64,000 nt of DNA from an uncultured Solirubrobacterales bacterium. GTDB lineage: Bacteria; Actinomycetota; Thermoleophilia; Solirubrobacterales; Solirubrobacteraceae. The DNA is taken from assembly GCA_963767695.1 (NCBI GenBank), contig CAVYFE010000010.1, forward strand, positions 71,872 through 135,871, in the 5' to 3' direction. The notes beneath the pieces were generated by a model. That model was not told where the DNA came from. It saw only the letters and a list, made by a program, of their open reading frames with translations, and ran no database searches. A program made the translations under genes and the position numbers. This document shows positions 32,257 to 42,972 of this stretch, piece after piece (positions within the stretch are counted from its first letter, which is position 1; each line of letters starts with the position of its first letter).

Positions 32257-33283
32257 GACCCAGCACCGACAGCGCGACGGCGGCGGCGACCTCTCCGCCC
32301 TGACCGCTGAGCGGCGACGGCGGGCCGGTGTCCGAATGGAGCGGCAGCCCGCAGCGCTGCGCCGCCGCGCGGGCCAGGAACGCGCCGACACCGACTGCGA
32401 TCACCGGGGCGCCGGCGGGAAGCCGTGCAGCGACGCGGCCAAGGGCGGCGGCGATCGACGCAATCTGCGCCTCCTCGACGGCGGCGGCGACCGCCTCCAG
32501 GTCGCCGTCGGCGAGCTGCTCGGGGTCGGCGCAGACGACGCGCGCCAGCCGGGAGCGCACTTCGGGGAGCGAGGGTCCGCGATTATCAGGGAAAGTGCAG
32601 GTGCACTGCTCGGGAGTGAGGCTGCCACACAGCAGGTGCGCATCGGCGCTGATCGCGAACAGCTCGGAGGACACCGGGCAGGGTTCCCCGCCGATCGGCA
32701 CCTGCGCGAGTATCGCTGCGACGTTGGTCCGCAGCGCGCCGGTGTAGACCAGCTCGCCTGCGAGCAGCCGCTCGATGTCGGTGCGCCCCCGAGCGGCGAC
32801 CTCGCCGGCCACGATCGGGATCACGTCGGTGGTCGTCCCGCCGCAGTCCAGCAGGATCGCGTCGGGCAGCGAGCGCGCGATCAGAAGCGCGGTGGCCACC
32901 CAGTTGGCGGCCGCGCACCGCAACGGTGCGGCCCGGGCCTCCGGCAAGGCGATCAGCTCGCCGGCGGTAGTCATGACCCGCAACCGGCGCCCGGGCAGCG
33001 CCTGCCGCGCGGCCTCGAGCACGTGCAGCACTCCTTCTCGCTTGCTGGCAAACACGTCGACGAGCTCGGCGGTCGTGGTCAGGGCGACTGGGGCGCGACC
33101 CAGCCCCAGCCGACCGACGACGGACGCGATCGCATCGACCAGCGCCTCGGGCGCGCGCCACACCTCAAATGGCTCGGACACGATCTCGACCCGATCGTCG
33201 CCGTCCACCACCGCCGCTTTGGTGTTGGCGCCGCCGACATCGAGCCCGATCACCGGGTCCGGCGGCTGTCGCGACGCGGGCAT
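32249..33283 (-). CDS. Hydantoinase/oxoprolinase-like protein, MfnF-like
   Basis: IGLDVGGANTK, TTTAELVD, AAANW, DCGGTTTDVIP, ELVYTG. Confidence 0.85.
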   Translation of the reverse strand: MPASRQPPDPVIGLDVGGANTKAAVVDGDDRVEIVSEPFEVWRAPEALVDAIASVVGRLGLGRAPVALTTTAELVDVFASKREGVLHVLEAARQALPGRRLRVMTTAGELIALPEARAAPLRCAAANWVATALLIARSLPDAILLDCGGTTTDVIPIVAGEVAARGRTDIERLLAGELVYTGALRTNVAAILAQVPIGGEPCPVSSELFAISADAHLLCGSLTPEQCTCTFPDNRGPSLPEVRSRLARVVCADPEQLADGDLEAVAAAVEEAQIASIAAALGRVAARLPAGAPVIAVGVGAFLARAAAQRCGLPLHSDTGPPSPLSGQGGEVAAAVALSVLGRG

Positions 33284-33323
33284 CGACCAATTCCAGCAGT
33301 TCCGTACTGTCTCGAGGCCGACG

Positions 33324-34025
33324 ATGCAGATTGTGCCGGTTCTCGATCTCAAGGCCGGGATCGTCGTGCATGCCCGCCGCGGGCGGCGCGCCGACTACGC
33401 GCCGCTGCGTAGCCCGCTGGTCGCAGGGTGCGAGCCCGTCGCGGTGGCGCGGGCGCTGTGCGCCGTCTGCCGGACCAACAGCCTGTACGTCGCCGATCTT
33501 GACGCGCTGGCCGGGGAGCCGGTGGACGAGGCGACGCTGGCAGCCTTGGCAGCGGTGGCAGAGCCGTGGGTCGACGCTGGCGCCACCACCCCCGAGCGGG
33601 CTGCGGCGCTGACACGCGCCGGTGTGGCGCGCAGCGTTGTCGGTACGGAGTCGTTAGGGCCCGATACGTTGACCGGGGACCTTCTTGCCGCTCCGGCGCC
33701 CCCGCGGGTGCTCAGCGTCGACCTGCGCGAGGGGAGGCTGATCTCTCCTCACCCCGAGCTCGCCGGCCGCGAACCCGCGGCCGCCGCGCCGCTCGCGACC
33801 GCGCTGGGCGCGAGCGAGCTGCTGGTGATCGACCTGGCGCGCGTGGGCAGCGGCTCCGGCCCGCCGCTGCGCGCCGTGGCCCAGCTCGCGGCGACCCTTC
33901 CGGGAATCGCGGTCTACGCGGGCGGTGGTGTGCGCGACGACAACGACCTGCTGGCGCTCCAGGCCGCCGGGGCCGCCGGGGCGCTGGTCGCCACCGCCTT
34001 GCACGAAGGTCGCCTCACGCCGTGA
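33324..34025 (+). CDS. HisA/HisF-related TIM-barrel protein of H4MPT clusters
   Basis: IVPVLDLKAGIVVHARRGRRADYAP, LYVADLDAL, IDLARVGSGSGP, YAGGGVR. Confidence 0.85.
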   Translation: MQIVPVLDLKAGIVVHARRGRRADYAPLRSPLVAGCEPVAVARALCAVCRTNSLYVADLDALAGEPVDEATLAALAAVAEPWVDAGATTPERAAALTRAGVARSVVGTESLGPDTLTGDLLAAPAPPRVLSVDLREGRLISPHPELAGREPAAAAPLATALGASELLVIDLARVGSGSGPPLRAVAQLAATLPGIAVYAGGGVRDDNDLLALQAAGAAGALVATALHEGRLTP

Positions 34026-34914
34026 CCAGCACCTCGCAAGTCGCGACGACCCGCTCTGTGAGATCCTCTTCGCAGGTCGACTGCAGTGCCTGCCAGCCGG
34101 GGATCCCGTTGACCTCCAGCACGACGATTTCCCCGTCGGGCGCGACGAGCAGGTCCACGCCGGCGACGTCGGCCTCCATGGCGGTGGCCGCCGCGAGCGC
34201 AACGCTGCGCTCGGCGTCGCTCAGCGTGACAGCGCGTGTACGGGCGCCACGCGCGACGTTGGCCCGCCACGAATCGGCCACGCGTTCCATCGCGCCGGCC
34301 ACCTCGCCCCCGACGACCAGCACCCGCAGGTTCCGGCGGCCGGAGGGCGCGATCGTGCGCTGCACGTAGTAGACCGTCCGCTCCAGCTCCAGGGCGCGGA
34401 ACACTCGGTGGGCCAAGTCGCGATCCTCGACGCGGACGATCCCGTTGCCCATCGCGCCGAACAGCGGCTTGACGACGACGTCGCCGCCCAGGCGCTCAAA
34501 CGCCTGCATGGCGCCGTCGTAGCGCTCGCAGACGATCGTCGGCGGAGTGGGCAGCCCGGCCCCGGCAAGCACGGCGCCGGCCCACGACTTGTCGACGGTG
34601 CGTTCGATTGCGCGGGGGCTGTTGACGCAGCGGACGCCGTGCTCGGCGAGGACGTGCAGCGCGTCCATGCGGAAGATCACCTGCTCCAGCGAGCCACGGG
34701 GGAGTCCACGGACGACCAGCAGGTCGAGCGCGTCGAGCACCACGCTCTCGGGCCCGAGCACGTGCACGTCTCCGTGCTCGTCGATCTCGGACCGCAATCG
34801 CGTCGCGGGGATGGCGAGTACCTCGTGGCCGCGAGCGGTCAGCGCGGTGAGCAGCCCGTGCGTGTGCCAGGAGCGGGAGGCGCCGAGCACTCCGACGCGC
34901 AGCCGTCGGATCAC
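34015..34914 (-). CDS. RimK-family ATP-grasp glutamate ligase (cofactor glutamylation)
   Basis: GSLEQVIFRMDAL, VNSPRAIERTVDK, KPLFGAMG, WRANVARG, LEVNGIPGW. Confidence 0.88.
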   Translation of the reverse strand: MIRRLRVGVLGASRSWHTHGLLTALTARGHEVLAIPATRLRSEIDEHGDVHVLGPESVVLDALDLLVVRGLPRGSLEQVIFRMDALHVLAEHGVRCVNSPRAIERTVDKSWAGAVLAGAGLPTPPTIVCERYDGAMQAFERLGGDVVVKPLFGAMGNGIVRVEDRDLAHRVFRALELERTVYYVQRTIAPSGRRNLRVLVVGGEVAGAMERVADSWRANVARGARTRAVTLSDAERSVALAAATAMEADVAGVDLLVAPDGEIVVLEVNGIPGWQALQSTCEEDLTERVVATCEVLVTA

Positions 34915-35862
34915 CGGGAGAACGAGCGCTCGAGCACCTCGGGAGCCAGCCCGCCTCCATGATGGGCCCGTCCGGACTCGGTGCTGGTGAGCGTGACCGC
35001 CGCGGGGCTGAACAGCATCGGATCGATGTCGTAGAAGTTCCAGTCGGCGGCGGCCAGCAGCTCCCCGAACGGGACGCCGAACGCCTCCGAGGCGGCGGAG
35101 GGGAGCCGCTGGGCCAGGTCGGCGACCTCCTCGTCCGCGGCCTCGATCCACAGGTGCACGGTCCCGCCGTACAGGATCGCGTCGTTGGTGCGTCCGATCG
35201 CCGCCGGGTCGTCGGCGGCCACCGGAGCGATGGGGCAACACCCCCAGCCGCCCAGTACCCGGGCCGGGTCAACGCCGAGCTCGTGCAGCTTGTGCAGCGC
35301 GGTCTCGACCACGCGGGCCGAGATCTGCACCGAGCCGCACAGGGACGCGGTTGGGGCGATCAGAAACGTAACCTCGGACGCCGGCACTCCGCAGCGCTGC
35401 GAGACCTTGTCGACGATCTCCGCCGGCGGGGCCTGCCGGGTCTCCAGGCAGAGGACCGCCCGCTCCGCCTCGCTCGCGCCAGGTCAGCTCCTCGAACAGG
35501 TCCTCCGCGCGTGCCAGGGCGCGCCCCGGGCCGCTGGCCATCGCGAAGAACTTCTCGTGCTCGAGCTTCCAGCCGGCGTACTGCGCGGCCAGGCACGCGG
35601 CCGCCGGCTCGTCCACGGCGACGCCGACGCCGGGCCAGGTTCGCTGGCCGACCGGTACCGCCAGGGGGTCGATCCGGCCCAGCCCACCCATGCAGGCGGC
35701 GGCGAAGCCCAGACCGGCCTGCACTCCGCCGCGCGCCTGAGCGCCGCAATCCACCAGGCGCGCGCCGGAGTCCAAGGTGCGGACCTCGATTCCCAGCGCG
35801 GCGGCGTCGGCGACCAGCGCATCCACCTGCGCCGCGGCACGTTCGTTCATCGACAGGCTCAT
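34911..35862 (-). CDS. mch: Methenyl-H4MPT cyclohydrolase (apparent +1 frameshift ~35470)
   Basis: ACMGGLG, CLAAQYAGW, AMASGPGRALA, APTASLCGSVQISARVVETALHK, GRTNDAILYGG, FYDIDPMLFSPA. Confidence 0.93.
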
Positions 35863-36681
35863 GGGCGCTCCTCCTCGTCAAAGATCAGGATCTCGCCCCG
35901 GCCGAGCTCGGTCCGGTCGCCGGACCATCTCGCCCAGGCTCCGCCCAGGAGTCGCCTCGCTGACCATCAGACCGAGCACGCGCGCCCGGCGCAGCTGCAG
36001 CCGGAGAGCGGGGGGGCGAAAGCGGGTGGCGAAGGCATAACTCGGCAGCGGCTCGAGCGTTGCCCCCGAGACGAGGCTTCCGCGCTTGTTGCCGAGCCCC
36101 GCCTCCGCCCCGATTCCGCCCAGCGCGATCACCGTGCCCGCCAGCATCCGCAGCCCGGCGCCGCTCCCCGTCCGGCCGCTGACCACCACCAGCCCGCGGC
36201 GCATGCCAGCGCCGGCCTCTTCTCCTGCGTCGCCCAACGCGACGATCTCGCCTCCGGTCATGCCGATGCGAGCTCCGGGGTAGGCAGCGCCGAGACGGGC
36301 GCCCGCATCACCCCAGATCCGCAGAAGACCGCCGGCCAGCTCGGCCCCCGCCCAAGCGCCGGCGTCGCCGCGCACGGCGATCTCACCGCCGCTCATACGG
36401 GCGCCGAGGTGGTCACCGCACGATCCCTCCACAAGCACCCGGCCATGCGACATGCCGGCGCCGATCCCGTCCACTTGGCGCAGGTCGCCTGCGAGCCACA
36501 GCTGCTCGTCGCCCGTGCCGGACACGTCGAACAGGTCGCCCAGGCTCAGCCTCTGGCGGCCGCAGCGCACGGTCATGGCGGCGACCTTGGCCGCATCGAG
36601 GCCTCGCAGTCGCTCCGGTGTCAGCGAGCCGGCCGGGATCCGCGCCGGCGGCTGGGTGCGGAGGGTGAGCCTCAGCGTCAC
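35859..36681 (-). CDS. fhcC: Formyltransferase/hydrolase complex subunit C (apparent frameshift near C-terminus)
   Basis: GXGM-x-GG beta-helix repeats, GARIGMTGG, MRRGLV. Confidence 0.9.
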
Positions 36682-37583
36682 GGCGGATCCCGCAGCTCGC
36701 TGAGCGGAAAATGGAATTCGCCGAGCTTGCCGCCGAAGTTGGCGGCGCTGACATGTGTCGCACCGCCGCCGGCGGCGGCGTGCAGTCCGCGGCGCATCGC
36801 TTCGCGCACTGCCTCCTCGGACACGCCGTCGATGACGATCTCGAACAGCGCGCCGACGCCCTCGGGAACGAGCGTGTCGTCGACCTGCACGCGCAGCGTG
36901 GGAGCGAGCTGGTGGTTGGTCGAGGCAGGCATCGAGGAGGAGGTGCGGGCGCCGACCTTGCTGCCGCTGCGAACGATGCCGCCTGGGAATGGGAGCGCGA
37001 TGCCCTCGCCGCGCATCGCGTCGGCCGCCGCCTGCGCGGCCGCCAGTGCAGCGTCCTCTTCGGCCGCCCCGATCACCAAGTTCCCTCCCCCGACGCCCCT
37101 GCCGACACCGACCGAATCGCAGACCAGGAACTCGCCCTCCATTACCGGGATCCGCCAAAAGCGCTGCCCCGCGATCACCTTGCTGGCCTGAAAGCCGTCG
37201 CCGAAGTAGCGCAGGCTCGATCCCAGCTTCGCAGTCCTCTCGGCGCCCGCCAACCCATCGAAGCAGGCCGTCGTGGGACAGGTCATCACGCACTGGCCCA
37301 CCCGGTCCAGGACTCGCTCGCCGACGCCCTCGCGGTCCATCGCGAACAGCAGCACGGCGACTCCCGGCCGGCCGTCAGGGGTCTGCTCCGCGCCGAGCAG
37401 GCGTTCGATCGCGGCCTCGCACTTGCAGCCGATCACCGACGTGGCAAAGCCGGTCGCGGAGCGGGCCGCCTCGTGCGCCCAGTCCGCGGTCGCGGCCGTT
37501 ATCACGAGCCGGGCGTAGCGCATCGGAAACGCCTCCGCGAACGTGTCGGCAACCTCGCTGGCACCGAGCCGATAGCCGCTCAC
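36678..37583 (-). CDS. fhcD: Formylmethanofuran:H4MPT formyltransferase
   Basis: DTFAEAF, TGFATSVIGCKCEA, TPDGRPG, RVGQCVMTCPTT, GVGGGN, SAANFGGKLG. Confidence 0.95.
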   Translation of the reverse strand: MSGYRLGASEVADTFAEAFPMRYARLVITAATADWAHEAARSATGFATSVIGCKCEAAIERLLGAEQTPDGRPGVAVLLFAMDREGVGERVLDRVGQCVMTCPTTACFDGLAGAERTAKLGSSLRYFGDGFQASKVIAGQRFWRIPVMEGEFLVCDSVGVGRGVGGGNLVIGAAEEDAALAAAQAAADAMRGEGIALPFPGGIVRSGSKVGARTSSSMPASTNHQLAPTLRVQVDDTLVPEGVGALFEIVIDGVSEEAVREAMRRGLHAAAGGGATHVSAANFGGKLGEFHFPLSELRDPP

Positions 37584-39229
37584 GCTCGGGCCTCCACTAT
37601 CCGTGCGGGCTCGCGCAGCGCCGGGTCGCGTACCGGGTAGTGCTCGAACCCCACCGTGTAGCGCTCGCCGAACAGCGGTTCCAGCACACTGCTCACCTCG
37701 GGATCGAAGGCGGCGCGGCTCGAGAGCAGCAGCCCGTCGTCGACCCGGCGCAGGTCGCCGTCCTCGACGGCCAACTCCCCGCCCTTGATCACGTACCGGG
37801 GGGTGGCGAACATCTCCTCGCGGTCGGCGCGATCGTGGTAGATCGTCACATCGGCGTCGGCACCGATCCCGAGGTGGCCCTTGTCGCGCAGGCCGAGGCG
37901 GCGCGCGGGAGCGGCGCGGGTGATGATCGCGACCTCGTTCAGGGTGTACTCGCGGTCCAGCCCGTCGGGCAGGGTGGTGCGCCGGATCGCTCGCTGGTTG
38001 GCGCGGCCCAGCTGATCCTCCCGGAAGGCACGGTCCATCAGCAGACGGATCAACTTCGGGTAGGAGAGGAACGAGCCGCCGTTGGGATGGTCGGTGGACA
38101 GCATCACCTGCCAGGGGTTCTGGCCCAGCAGGAACAGCTCTAGTCCGATCCCCCACTGCAGGGCGTGGACGTAGTTGCCCGCCCGGTACGTGTAGGGGAC
38201 GATCCCGCAGCCGGTCTCCACCTCGGTGTCGTGGTTGATCCATTTATCAGCGCCGAGGTCGCGCAGCACGGCCGAAAGTGGAGCGTCGGCCGTCATCGTC
38301 ACGGCCGGCCCGAACATCACCTGGCCGACGTCGGCGGTGATCTCGGGATGCTTGTCCAGGTATTCGACCAGCTCGGGCGCACGGGAGCGAGGCTGACCTC
38401 CAGGGCGGCCGCCGTAGCTGTGAAACTGGAGGTGGGCGAAGTGCGCCTGGCGGCCTGAGAGCGTGCGCATCGTCTCCAGCGTCGTGTCGGCGTTGCCGGA
38501 TACGCCGAGGTTGTTGGGGTGAACATGCACGGGATGCGGGAGCCCGAGCTCGTGCACGGCCCCGCCGATCGCCTCCAGCACCTGGCGCGGGGTGACCTCG
38601 AAGCCCGCCACCTCGTCGTCCAGCGAATGCACGTTGCCGTTCCCCTGCTTCCAGAGCTCCACCCCGCCGGGGTTGACGAGCTTGACGCCGTAGCCACCGG
38701 TGGCCTGAAGCCACCACGCGACGGCATCGCGCAGCTGGGGCGAGGCGGCGCCGCCGGACTGGCGGATCAGCTCGAACAGCACCTGGTTGTTGCCCATCAG
38801 GATCAGGAACGCCTTGTCGATCATCGGCGTGTCGCGCAGCTCCGAGAGCACGTGGCGCGCGGCCAACGGCGGGGCGGCCGCCTCCACGACGGTGGTGTAG
38901 CCCAGCAGCGAGTAGCGGTAGCCGGTGGTGAATGTGGAGGGGACCAAGCCGCCGGTGCCCGAGCGCAAGAGCTCGGTTCGATCCACGGGATGGTCGCGGC
39001 GCTCGTCGGGCGAGAGCTTGCGGGCGGCGTTTACCTTGGGACCGGCGATGTGGGCGTGTATGTCGACGCCGCCGGGCATCACCACCATCCCGCGCGCGTC
39101 GATCCGGCGGGCCTCGGGACCGACCTCGGCGACCACCTTGCCGTCCTTCAGGCACACATCGCGGACCTCGCCGTCGATCTCGTTGGCGGGGTCGTGGACT
39201 CGGCCGCCGCTGATCCGGATCGCCGTCAC
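37580..39229 (-). CDS. fhcA: Formyltransferase/hydrolase complex subunit A (amidohydrolase)
   Basis: PGGVDIHAHIAG, GVKLVNPGG, HVHPNNLG, HLQFHSYG, STDHPNGG. Confidence 0.95.
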   Translation of the reverse strand: MTAIRISGGRVHDPANEIDGEVRDVCLKDGKVVAEVGPEARRIDARGMVVMPGGVDIHAHIAGPKVNAARKLSPDERRDHPVDRTELLRSGTGGLVPSTFTTGYRYSLLGYTTVVEAAAPPLAARHVLSELRDTPMIDKAFLILMGNNQVLFELIRQSGGAASPQLRDAVAWWLQATGGYGVKLVNPGGVELWKQGNGNVHSLDDEVAGFEVTPRQVLEAIGGAVHELGLPHPVHVHPNNLGVSGNADTTLETMRTLSGRQAHFAHLQFHSYGGRPGGQPRSRAPELVEYLDKHPEITADVGQVMFGPAVTMTADAPLSAVLRDLGADKWINHDTEVETGCGIVPYTYRAGNYVHALQWGIGLELFLLGQNPWQVMLSTDHPNGGSFLSYPKLIRLLMDRAFREDQLGRANQRAIRRTTLPDGLDREYTLNEVAIITRAAPARRLGLRDKGHLGIGADADVTIYHDRADREEMFATPRYVIKGGELAVEDGDLRRVDDGLLLSSRAAFDPEVSSVLEPLFGERYTVGFEHYPVRDPALREPARIVEARA

Positions 39230-40449
39230 CGCCCGATCTCCGCGAGCAGCCGCGTCAGCAGCGCGGCCGCTGTCGGCGCGTCGCCCGCCAGCGGTGCCTG
39301 GAGCGCCAGCGGGACCCCGTCCAGCCGGTGCGCGGTGCCTCTCGCCTCCACGCCGGCGGCTGCGGTGCGGATCGACACCTCCGGATGAGCCCCCGGCCAC
39401 CCCGCCGGCAGGCTGCATAGCGCGATCTCCGCCACGGCCGCGGGCAGCCGCCCCGGGCCGCCCTCGATGCGCAGCGAAACGTCGATGCCCTCGCCGGTCT
39501 CGAGCGGCACGGTTGCAGTGACGAGCTCCGGATGACCGCTGGCGAGATCGACGTTCCCGCCATATCCGGTCTGCCAGGCCAGCACGTCCTGCGCGCCCCT
39601 GGTCCCGGCGGCGCTCGGCAGCGCCAGCGTGACCACGTGGCGTTCGTGGCACAGCGCGCGCACCAACTCGTGCAGCGCGAGCGCGCGGCGGTGACCGCCC
39701 GCGCCGGTGGCGAGGCCGGGTCCGTGCACAAACGCAACATGAGGCACGGCGCCCACGCGCTCCAGCAGCCGGCCCAGCTGCGCTTCGAAGTCGCTGGGCC
39801 CCGTCGCCAGCCTCCGCTGCATCGCGTGCAGCGTGATCAGCGCATCGAGGTCGCGCTCCCGCGCCCAGCGGAGCTGCAGGTCCGCGCGCGCAGCAGTGGC
39901 GGTAGCACGGTCGTCGACGACCACCAGGGTGCGCTCGGTACGGGTCCGGGAGGGCGCCGCGCCGCCGAAGCCGAGGCGATCGAGCAACCGCGGATGGGTG
40001 GTCTCGGGATCCTCGCGCCAGACGACGACCAGCTGCGAGCGATCGCGGATCTCGCCCAGGGTGGCGGTCGACCCGCCGCGCAGGGGTACCGCCGGGGCGC
40101 CGGGCCACGGGCCGGCCACGTTCTCGGTCGCGACCAGCGCGCCCAGGCGGTCGGCGAGGGCGACGGCCGCGCGCGCGTCCTCCACGGTGGCCCCGTCGAA
40201 GCCGTGCAGCAGCGGCCGGCGCGCCCCGCGCAGCAGCTCGACGGCACGGGTCAGTGCCGTCTCGACATCGGCCGGCTGACCGTTGACAGTGGCGGGTGCG
40301 CTCGCCGGCCGGCGCGTGCGCTCGGAGAACCACTCAGCGCCCAGGCGACAGGGGGGCTGCAGGCCCACGGCGTCGCCCGAGCGCTCCACGGTCACGTCGT
40401 CGCACAGGACGCCACAGCCCGCACAGGTAATCGGCCCGAACTCAGCCAC
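39226..40449 (-). CDS. fhcB: Formyltransferase/hydrolase complex subunit B (FwdB-like)
   Basis: TCAGCGVLCDD...PCRLG, TATLGEIRDR, VLAWQTGY. Confidence 0.88.
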   Translation of the reverse strand: MAEFGPITCAGCGVLCDDVTVERSGDAVGLQPPCRLGAEWFSERTRRPASAPATVNGQPADVETALTRAVELLRGARRPLLHGFDGATVEDARAAVALADRLGALVATENVAGPWPGAPAVPLRGGSTATLGEIRDRSQLVVVWREDPETTHPRLLDRLGFGGAAPSRTRTERTLVVVDDRATATAARADLQLRWARERDLDALITLHAMQRRLATGPSDFEAQLGRLLERVGAVPHVAFVHGPGLATGAGGHRRALALHELVRALCHERHVVTLALPSAAGTRGAQDVLAWQTGYGGNVDLASGHPELVTATVPLETGEGIDVSLRIEGGPGRLPAAVAEIALCSLPAGWPGAHPEVSIRTAAAGVEARGTAHRLDGVPLALQAPLAGDAPTAAALLTRLLAEIGR

Positions 40450-41548
40450 CGGCGAGCACCGCCTCGGGGAGGGCGGACAGGAGACGGGCCCCGCGCTCGG
40501 CGAGCTCCGGCGCGCTCGCGCTGGCCGAGACCAGAGTGCACACCGGCGCGCCTCGTTTGATCGTCTCACCGGCATGGGGGACATCGCGCACCAGGCCTGC
40601 CGGCCACCAGCCGGGATCGGGGACGCGAAGGTCGCGGTCGGCGAACAGCACCAGCTTCACCCTTGCACACCTCGTCGGCGGAGGTGTGCTGGCATTGGGG
40701 AGCCCGAGCCCGCGCGCTCCCCGTACGTGCGCCTCGAAGCTGCGGGGCCCGAACAGTTCCAGCCCGGCCGGCGGTCGTGGGTTGACCTCCAGCACCCAGG
40801 CGTTGCGCCCGTCCCAGACCGCGTCCACCCCGAACGCCCCGCACACGCCGAAGCGGGCCGCCACCTCGCCGCAGACCGCGCGCAGCTGGCCCTCGAGCTC
40901 GGCCCGCTGCGCGTCGGGCAGACGTGGGGGCGCCAGGTTGCCGGTCCACTGAAAGCCCGGGGGAAGATGGAGTTGCTCGGTGAGGCCGAGCACGGCGGCC
41001 CGCCGGCCGTCGCCGATCGCCACCGCCGAGCACGACAGCCCGTGGACGCGGCGCTGCAGGATCTCGGTGGGCCGCAGCGCGCCGCCCGCCCACCGGCGCA
41101 CCCCGCGCCCCCCGCCACCAAGGCGGGGCTTACGCAGCCACACCTCGCGATCCCGCTCTCGCCGGCCGGCGCCGGCGGGCTCTGGGAGCTCGTCGACCGA
41201 CCGCGTGTCCGGAGCGCGCGCGCCCGCGGCGCGTGCGGCGGCGCCCACCGCCCACGGGTCGCGCACGGCCGCCAGCAGCTCGGGAGGCGTTCCCAGCAGC
41301 TCCCGTCCGCCGGCCAGCCGCCTGACCAGGTCGGGCCGATTCTCAAACCCGCCGCCGTACACGACCGCGTCGGCGTCGATGCCCGCGGCGAGCGCCGCCA
41401 GAGCATCGTTGCTGTTCGCCGTCGCTCCGGGGGCGACCGCGCGCAGGTCGACGTCGCCGAAGCGGTCCAGCGCCGTCACCTCATAGCCGTCGGCGACCGC
41501 CAGCTGAGCGAGCATGCGCGCGCTGATCGCGACCACCAACACCCTCAC
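40442..41548 (-). CDS. ATP-grasp ligase associated with methanofuran/methanopterin clusters
   Basis: SARMLAQ, DRFGDVD, LRKPRLGGGG, FGVDAV, LEVNPRP. Confidence 0.8.
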   Translation of the reverse strand: MRVLVVAISARMLAQLAVADGYEVTALDRFGDVDLRAVAPGATANSNDALAALAAGIDADAVVYGGGFENRPDLVRRLAGGRELLGTPPELLAAVRDPWAVGAAARAAGARAPDTRSVDELPEPAGAGRRERDREVWLRKPRLGGGGRGVRRWAGGALRPTEILQRRVHGLSCSAVAIGDGRRAAVLGLTEQLHLPPGFQWTGNLAPPRLPDAQRAELEGQLRAVCGEVAARFGVCGAFGVDAVWDGRNAWVLEVNPRPPAGLELFGPRSFEAHVRGARGLGLPNASTPPPTRCARVKLVLFADRDLRVPDPGWWPAGLVRDVPHAGETIKRGAPVCTLVSASASAPELAERGARLLSALPEAVLAGG

Positions 41549-42406
41549 CGCAGCCTCACTCCCGACAGCAGCGCGGCCAGCAGCGTCCCCGCGACCAGGT
41601 CGGCGGTCGTCCCGGGATTCAGCCGGTTGTCGGCCCCCCGCAGCGAGGCGTCGAACTTCGCCAGCGAGCGGGATCCGTCGCGCACCTCGCGAGCCGCCGC
41701 GCTGACCGCCCGCGCCGCCGCGGCGCCCGCCTTGCGCGCGATCAGGGTGTCAGGATGGGAGGCCAGCAAGCCGACGTGGAGCGACACGATCGCGTCGAGC
41801 GTGGAGAGGCCGTTGCGCAGCGCATCATCCAGCAACGGCAAACCGGTGTCGAATACGATCGCGTAGCCGGTGGCGTATTCGGAGGCGATGCTGTCGCGGT
41901 GCGCGGCGGTCGCCATCGCCTCGCGCAGGGAGACGCGCGCCGGAGCTCCGACGTCGTGCTCAGGGGCCTCGCCGAGGCCGCCGGGATTGGCCCCGGCGAT
42001 CGCCGCGAAGGCCGCGGCGGCATCATCGACGCCAAGCTGCGCGAGGGTCGTCTCGGTAGCCAATCGCAGCGCTTCGCCGGCTCGCCGGGTCGCCGCGGCG
42101 CGGACCAGCGGCGCGAACAGGAGCACGATTCCCAAGTTGGTGTTGGCGCTCGGCGACCCGCGCCGTCGCCCCGACCCCGTCCGCGATCAGCTCGCCAACG
42201 GTCCGCTGTCGGGCCCGGCGGCGGGTGAACACCGGGCCGAGCGCGAGCGCCGAGCGCATCATGTCGGCGTAGGTCGTGTCGGAGAAGTCGTGGGCTGGCG
42301 TGATGTTGCCGGGCTTGGCGGCCGACACCTCCAGCACGCACGCGAGCTGGACGTGATGCTCAAGTAGGTCCCCGCTCAGTCTCGAGTGAGCTAGGGTTGC
42401 GTTCAC
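41545..42406 (-). CDS. CitG-like triphosphoribosyl-dephospho-CoA synthase family (apparent frameshift ~42155)
   Basis: [41 protein letters not shown]. Confidence 0.85.
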
Positions 42407-42439
42407 CGGCGTCACAATACGAGAGGGAGGTACACAAGC

Positions 42440-42952
42440 ATGGCCATCACGCTGGCAACCGGAGAGGCGCTGACCGGTGACGGTAACGAGCTGGCCCACA
42501 TCGACCTTCTGATCGGGTCCAAGAGCGGACCGGTCGGTGAGGCGTTCGCCAGCGCCTTCACCAACGAGAAGGAGGGTCACACCAACCTCATGGCGGTGGT
42601 CACCCCCAACCTGCCGGCCAAACCGGACACGGTGATCTCCAACAAGGTGACGATCAAGGGCGCGAAGCAGGCCGTGCAGCTGTTCGGTCCTGCCCAGGCC
42701 GCGGTCGCCCGCGCGGTGGTGGACTCGGTCGCCGAGGGAGTGATCCCCAAGGATCAGGTCGACGACCTGTGTCTGATCGTGGGCGTGTTCATCCACTGGG
42801 AGGCCGAGGACGACAAGAAGATCTTCGACTACAACTACGAGGCCGTGAAGCTGTCGATCGCCCGCGCCCTCAAGGGTGAGCCGAGCATCGACAAGGTGCT
42901 GGCCGAGACGCCCGCGGCGCGTCACCCGTTCGCCAGCGGCGCCGAGGGATAG
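42440..42952 (+). CDS. fae: Formaldehyde-activating enzyme
   Basis: [52 protein letters not shown]. Confidence 0.96.
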   Translation: MAITLATGEALTGDGNELAHIDLLIGSKSGPVGEAFASAFTNEKEGHTNLMAVVTPNLPAKPDTVISNKVTIKGAKQAVQLFGPAQAAVARAVVDSVAEGVIPKDQVDDLCLIVGVFIHWEAEDDKKIFDYNYEAVKLSIARALKGEPSIDKVLAETPAARHPFASGAEG

Positions 42953-42972
42953 CGGCGGCTGGCGAGGAGCCG

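Noticed and set aside
37580-40449. Methanogen-type Mo/W formylmethanofuran dehydrogenase (CO2 reduction or methanogenesis)
   Set aside because: The Mo/W-ligand Cys is absent, there is no fwdD/F/G, mcr or mtr, and the BADC order with a formyltransferase matches Fhc.
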